The translations under genes and the position numbers were made by a program. Shown here one piece after another: positions 59,265 to 64,000 of a DNA stretch of 64,000 bases. The first letter of the stretch is position 1. Each line of letters opens with the position of its first letter. The stretch spans positions 13,082,001 through 13,146,000 of the forward strand of contig JBHGNT010000009.1 of NCBI GenBank assembly GCA_043228905.1, given 5' to 3'. The notes beneath the pieces are model-generated. The model did no database searches. It was not told the DNA's origin and was given only the letters and a program-made list of their open reading frames with translations. The stretch comes from Azolla caroliniana. Lineage: Eukaryota; Plantae; Polypodiophyta.

Positions 59265-61845
59265 TTGATGAAATTTCTACAAGTTATGTGCCATATGAGG
59301 CTTGGAATGGACATAAACCTATGGTTAGTCATATGCATGTGTTTGGTTGTTTGGCATATGCTCTTGTGCCATCACAACAATGTCACAAACTTGATGACAA
59401 GGCAAAGAAATGCATATTTGTTGGTTATAGTGCTGAAAGTAAGGGATATCGTTTGTATCATCCATTGATGGACACAATTATTGTGAGTCGAGATGTGGTA
59501 TTTGTTGAAAATTCAGCTTTCCCTTTTCTTGAATGCAAAAAACACCCAACAATTAACTCACAAGATGTGTTTGATACACTCATGCCTTTGTTCCAAAGGG
59601 GTGCACTTGACCATGGACATGTAGACCAGTTAAGTGAGTTTCAAAGGGATGAAAATTTCCAGCAAATAAGTGTTGAAAATGCACGAAATGTCCAACCAAA
59701 TATGGCTGAACATTTGCAACAAAATGTGGCTGAAAATGAGCATGAAATTCAGCCCACGCATGATGTGCATATTGAAGATGTATTACATAATGAACACATG
59801 GCTATTGAGAGGTCACAAACTATGCCGAGGTGGCTGAAACAAACTTTGCGAGATAGCAAATTGAGTGCACCTTTACTTGGTAAAACAAGATCAAGCTCTC
59901 GCCATGCATCAAGTAATTTTGTGGATTATTCTATTGTTGCAATAGCATGTAATGAGGAGCCACTTACTTTTGAAGATGCATGTGATGATCCTCATTGGAT
60001 GAGTGCTATGCAATCAGAAATGGATTCCATTCATAAGAATGGTACTTGGGAGTTATGTGAATTGCCAAAAGGAAAGAATGTGATTGGTACTAAGTGGGTT
60101 TACAAGATTAAACGAAAGTCTGATGGTAGTATTGATCGCTACAAAGCTAGATTGGTTGCCGCCAAAGGATATGCACAACAATATGGCATTGATTATGAGG
60201 AAACTTTTGCACCTGCTTCACGCATGACTACCATTCGTACCGTGGTCGCATTGGCTGCCCAAAGAGGTTGGAAAATGCATCAATTGGACATAAAAACGGC
60301 TTTCTTAAATGGTGATTTGCAAGAAGAGGTTTATGTGAAGCAACCTCTTGGATTTGCTACGAAAGAGAAAGGGCATATGGTTTGTTGCTTGCATAAGGCC
60401 TTGTATGGTCTCAAGCAAGCTCCACATGCATGGTATGAAAAAATCCATAAGCACTTGATTGCTCTTGGCTTCACATGTAGTCCAATTTGAAAGCACACTT
60501 TATGTACGCAAAGATGGGGCTGATCTTCTAGTGCTCGTTCTTTATGTTGATGACATACTCTTGACTGGGTCATGTGAAGCAAAACTTGATTTTCTTATGG
60601 CTGATTTGTAGCATACTTTTGAAGTCACTTATCTTGGTCTTTTGAGCTACTATCTTGGCATCCAATTTGTATTTGTTGAGGGGGGAATGGTTATGCATCA
60701 AGGAAAGTATGTTGAAAAACTACTTCCGCGTTTTGACTTTGAGGATTGCAAGCCAATTTCTACACCTGTGGAGACAGGATTTAGGTTCTCTGTTGAGGAT
60801 TCTAGTGATGCATTTGATACTTCTCTTTATCAACAAGTTGTGGGATGTCTTATATATGCATGCAATACAAGGCCGGATATACAATATGCAGTCTCCTAGT
60901 TGAGTTGATTCATGCATAGCCCTGGCACTAAGCATTGGCAAGCAGTGAAACATGTGCTTAGATATCTTAGAGGCACTTTGAGCTTGGGTCTCTTTTATGG
61001 TAGAGATACTCAGCCATACTTGCATGCTTTTACAGATAGTGATTGGGCTGGTTGTTACAATACTCGTGTGTCCACTAGTGGTAATTGTTTTTTCCTTGGA
61101 AACTCGTGTATATCTTGGTTGAGTAAAAAGCAACCTACAGTGGTGACATCAAGTTGTGAAGTTGAGTACAGGGCAGTTTTCACAGCTACAGTGGAGTGTA
61201 TATGGCTAAGACGCCTTTTGATGGATCTTTGCATGGAGATTGATGTTGCTACACGTATTCTCACAGATAGTCAGAGTGCATTGGCTGTTGCACGGAATCT
61301 CGTATTTCATGTGCGGACCAAACATATTGAGGTGCATTATCACTATGTGAGAGAGCGCCTTCATGCAGGAGATATTGATTTGGTATATGTGCCTACACAA
61401 GATAATGTGGCGGACATATTCACCAAAGCTCTTCCACGAGAAAAGTTTGAAGCTTTTCGCAAAGCTTTAGGCTTATTGCCTTGTGGGGGCTGATCTGTCA
61501 CTCCTTGTACATGTTCACATCATTCGCTCCAAGGGGGTTTGTTACACTTACGTGTTCCTCGAGTAGCTTTGATGTGAACCATTTTTCCCTATACATGGGC
61601 ACTTTTTACTCTCGTGCTGGCTAGAGGTTTTTTCCCCATGTTACCACATACATGAGTCACTCATATGTGGTGGTACTTAGTACTTAGTACTTAGGGATAT
61701 ATATTTAAGCTCCTATTAGTTTTTGTATCATTCATCAATAGAGAGAGCTATTCCAGCCATTGTCTTCCTTGTGTGAGTGCTTCTTTGTTTGAGCTTCTTG
61801 TGTGTGCCTCTTGTGTGTTTCTCACTCTTCCTCACATACCCAACA
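59265..61845 (+). mobile_element. AT-rich Ty1/copia (family G) 3' half with PPT and 3' LTR 61540-61845
   Basis: [27 protein letters not shown]; PPT aaggggg at 61531; TGTTAC...CCAACA. Confidence 0.9.
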
Positions 61846-61949
61846 AGATTATCCTACTCCATGATCCCTAAATAAAAATATAGGTGTTTTAGTAATGAGT
61901 CAAGAAGATGATGTTCTTTTATGCATGATCCCTAACTCAAAACATTGGT

Positions 61950-62450
61950 GATTTTAGTCACAAGTCAAGAAGATGATGATCTCCAATTTTTTACTATATG
62001 AATTGTGTATCACATAAATTCTGAGTAAGGGTAGTGCAAATCTCTTGGAGTTGAAAGAGAAGATCTAATACAATAGGAATTTCCATGGTTTTTGGATGTT
62101 TAGACATCATCCCACATGAATGACATCATGTATTGGTAGAGATGCAAGTGTATCTAATAGATGAATGAGCCAAATTATTGGAAGAGTACTCCTCAAATCA
62201 CAAAATGCGCCCAATCATCATGTTGGTAGTTGATGAAACAATGACGATACTCAAATTTTTTATTGATACGTTCACTTTGACCATTAGTGTCTCAATGATG
62301 GCTCAAAGAGACTTTGCAATCAATTTGGAGTAGGTAAAGCAAGTACTTTTAGAATTTTGAGATGAATTGTGGGCCTTATTAACTAATGATGTCATGTAGA
62401 AGACCCGATAAAGAAAGATGTGCTACAATGTATATCTAAGGATGGAGAAG
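61950..62450 (-). mobile_element. Highly decayed gypsy integrase core remnant
   Basis: Minus-strand reading near 62200-62290 gives TNGQSERIN...CFINYQHDDW. Confidence 0.55.
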
Positions 62451-63719
62451 TGTGTAGTAAATACAAATGCATTGACATGCTTTTGCCAGAACGAAGCAAT
62501 ATCCAAGGAAAAAGACAAGTGAATGATCAAAAGAAGAAGTATTGGTGCATATTAAAAAGACATAATGTTATTTTTATCTGAAAAGTGAGTTCCTATCAAG
62601 TATATAATGAGAAAGAGAGCTTGTTGTTAAGAGTGTGCTATGGTGCATGTGGAAAAGAGAGAGTATTATTTTTGTGTAACAAGAGAGTCTTGGAAGCTAT
62701 ATAAAAAGCAAGTGAGCAGCTCATTATGGTGTTCACTAGTTTTGGGATTTGAGCACATAAGCTTTGTTGACAAATCAAATCATTGGGTAGAAAATCATGA
62801 TACATGTGGGAGGCCAACAACAACTCGGGCAAACATCATCAATCATAGATTGGCCATGCCAAAAATCAAGCCTATTGCCTTGCTATTGGCAACAATTGTG
62901 AAGGTCATCTATACAATACACAAGATATAAGAATGAGGTATGGAATGAAAGGAAGACAAGATACACATTTTTGGAATGTTTGAGTATATCTAAGGACAAG
63001 TGTTATGGAAATATCATCACCCTTGGTCTTTGCCCTGACCATTTCTTTTGTATATAATACTCTCTGAGTTTACATTTTTTTAGCCCTTCGACGCTTTTCT
63101 TAATACTAACAAATGAAATCTTTTGAAAAAAAAGAAAGAAAGAAAAAGGTGTCGAGGCATGCTACAAGAGGGAGTTTTTATTTCCTAGGAAGTCTCTTGA
63201 AAGCTATTGAAGGAAGTACGTAACTCATTGCATGGGGGGGTGGGGGCTATCTTGAGATTCAAGATTGGGATTTGTCGATATACCGATTACCATGAGATAG
63301 CAAATCATGAGGGCTCTTAGGAGGCCTATGTCCACAAAAGGCGACATGGCCATTGATTGTAGAATCTCTATCCTAAAACTCATGGATCTGCCCCCGACAA
63401 TCTTTCAATTTTAGAGATTTCATCTTCTTTATCTCTTGCGCCTTATGTTACATGGTTGATTTTTGTAAACAAAATATTGACAAACAAAGGATCATGGTCA
63501 ACAAACTCTACCACTCACAACAACACCCACATGTATTGGGACGAACGACCAAATTTGACAATGACATTGAGGTGATACTAAAAATCAACTACAAAAATTT
63601 CCTAGGCCTAACACCTTGAGGGAGGCAATAACCCAAATAATATGGTGTGACAATTGACTCTTCAAGTTCCACCAAGAGCAACAAGCCTCGTGTTCGTTGC
63701 AACAATGGCCGACACCTTC

Positions 63720-63841
63720 GACCCTATCCTTCCTTGTTGACAAGATCCACTCCTCCTCTACCTGAACCAGTGGAGGTTGACAAGATCTGCTTCAAACATT
63801 TAACAAATGCCCAACGACAACACCGACCGACATATGAATAA
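63720..63841 (+). mobile_element. Decayed gypsy gag fragment
   Basis: EPVEVDKICFKHLTNAQRQHR resembles the PMEID...LT..E+..RR gag motif. Confidence 0.35.
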
Positions 63842-64000
63842 AGTTGGCGTCTATTGCGATGCATCAACTAGGTAGGTCGATCGGTTGGTCATATAGTTTG
63901 CATGCATGTCGACAAGTTGCATTTGTTGGACCTTGTATCAACTAATGAGAAAGCGAGGTTTTGTAGTAGTCTTGGGAGCCATGAGAAGGAAGAGAGAGAA

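Noticed and set aside
62450-63700. Host gene or LINE in the right-hand AT-rich region
   Set aside because: Only short ORFs without recognisable motifs; cannot be supported.

Overview
Eukaryotic, plant-type heterochromatic DNA. It carries plant tRNA-iMet/Trp/Arg primer sites and a TTTAGGG tract, and the element types suggest a non-seed plant (inference). The window is almost entirely nested transposable elements; no ordinary host gene is recognisable. From left to right: a tRNA-Trp-primed Ty3/gypsy element (Phygy/Ylt1-like) sits inside copia family A, inside copia family B, inside a large intron-containing DNA transposon with a Sola2-like transposase. A convergent multi-exon companion gene follows, and its introns hold a full copia C and a full chromovirus. 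Next come a ParB/Srx-like pseudogene and a degenerate gypsy D that contains an intact, very young copia F and a second copia A. The right end holds a deletion junction, a second Trp-primed gypsy carrying a gag-only element, and copia/gypsy remnants. Main points of interest: the two-gene Sola2-like unit, the ParB/Srx ORF, copia F as an apparent A/B recombinant, a gag-only satellite element with tRNA-like and hairpin LTR modules, a telomere tract inserted in gag, a -1 frameshift signal after the protease, and a regular hairpin array in the chromovirus leader. All coordinates and identities were read by eye; no searches were run.
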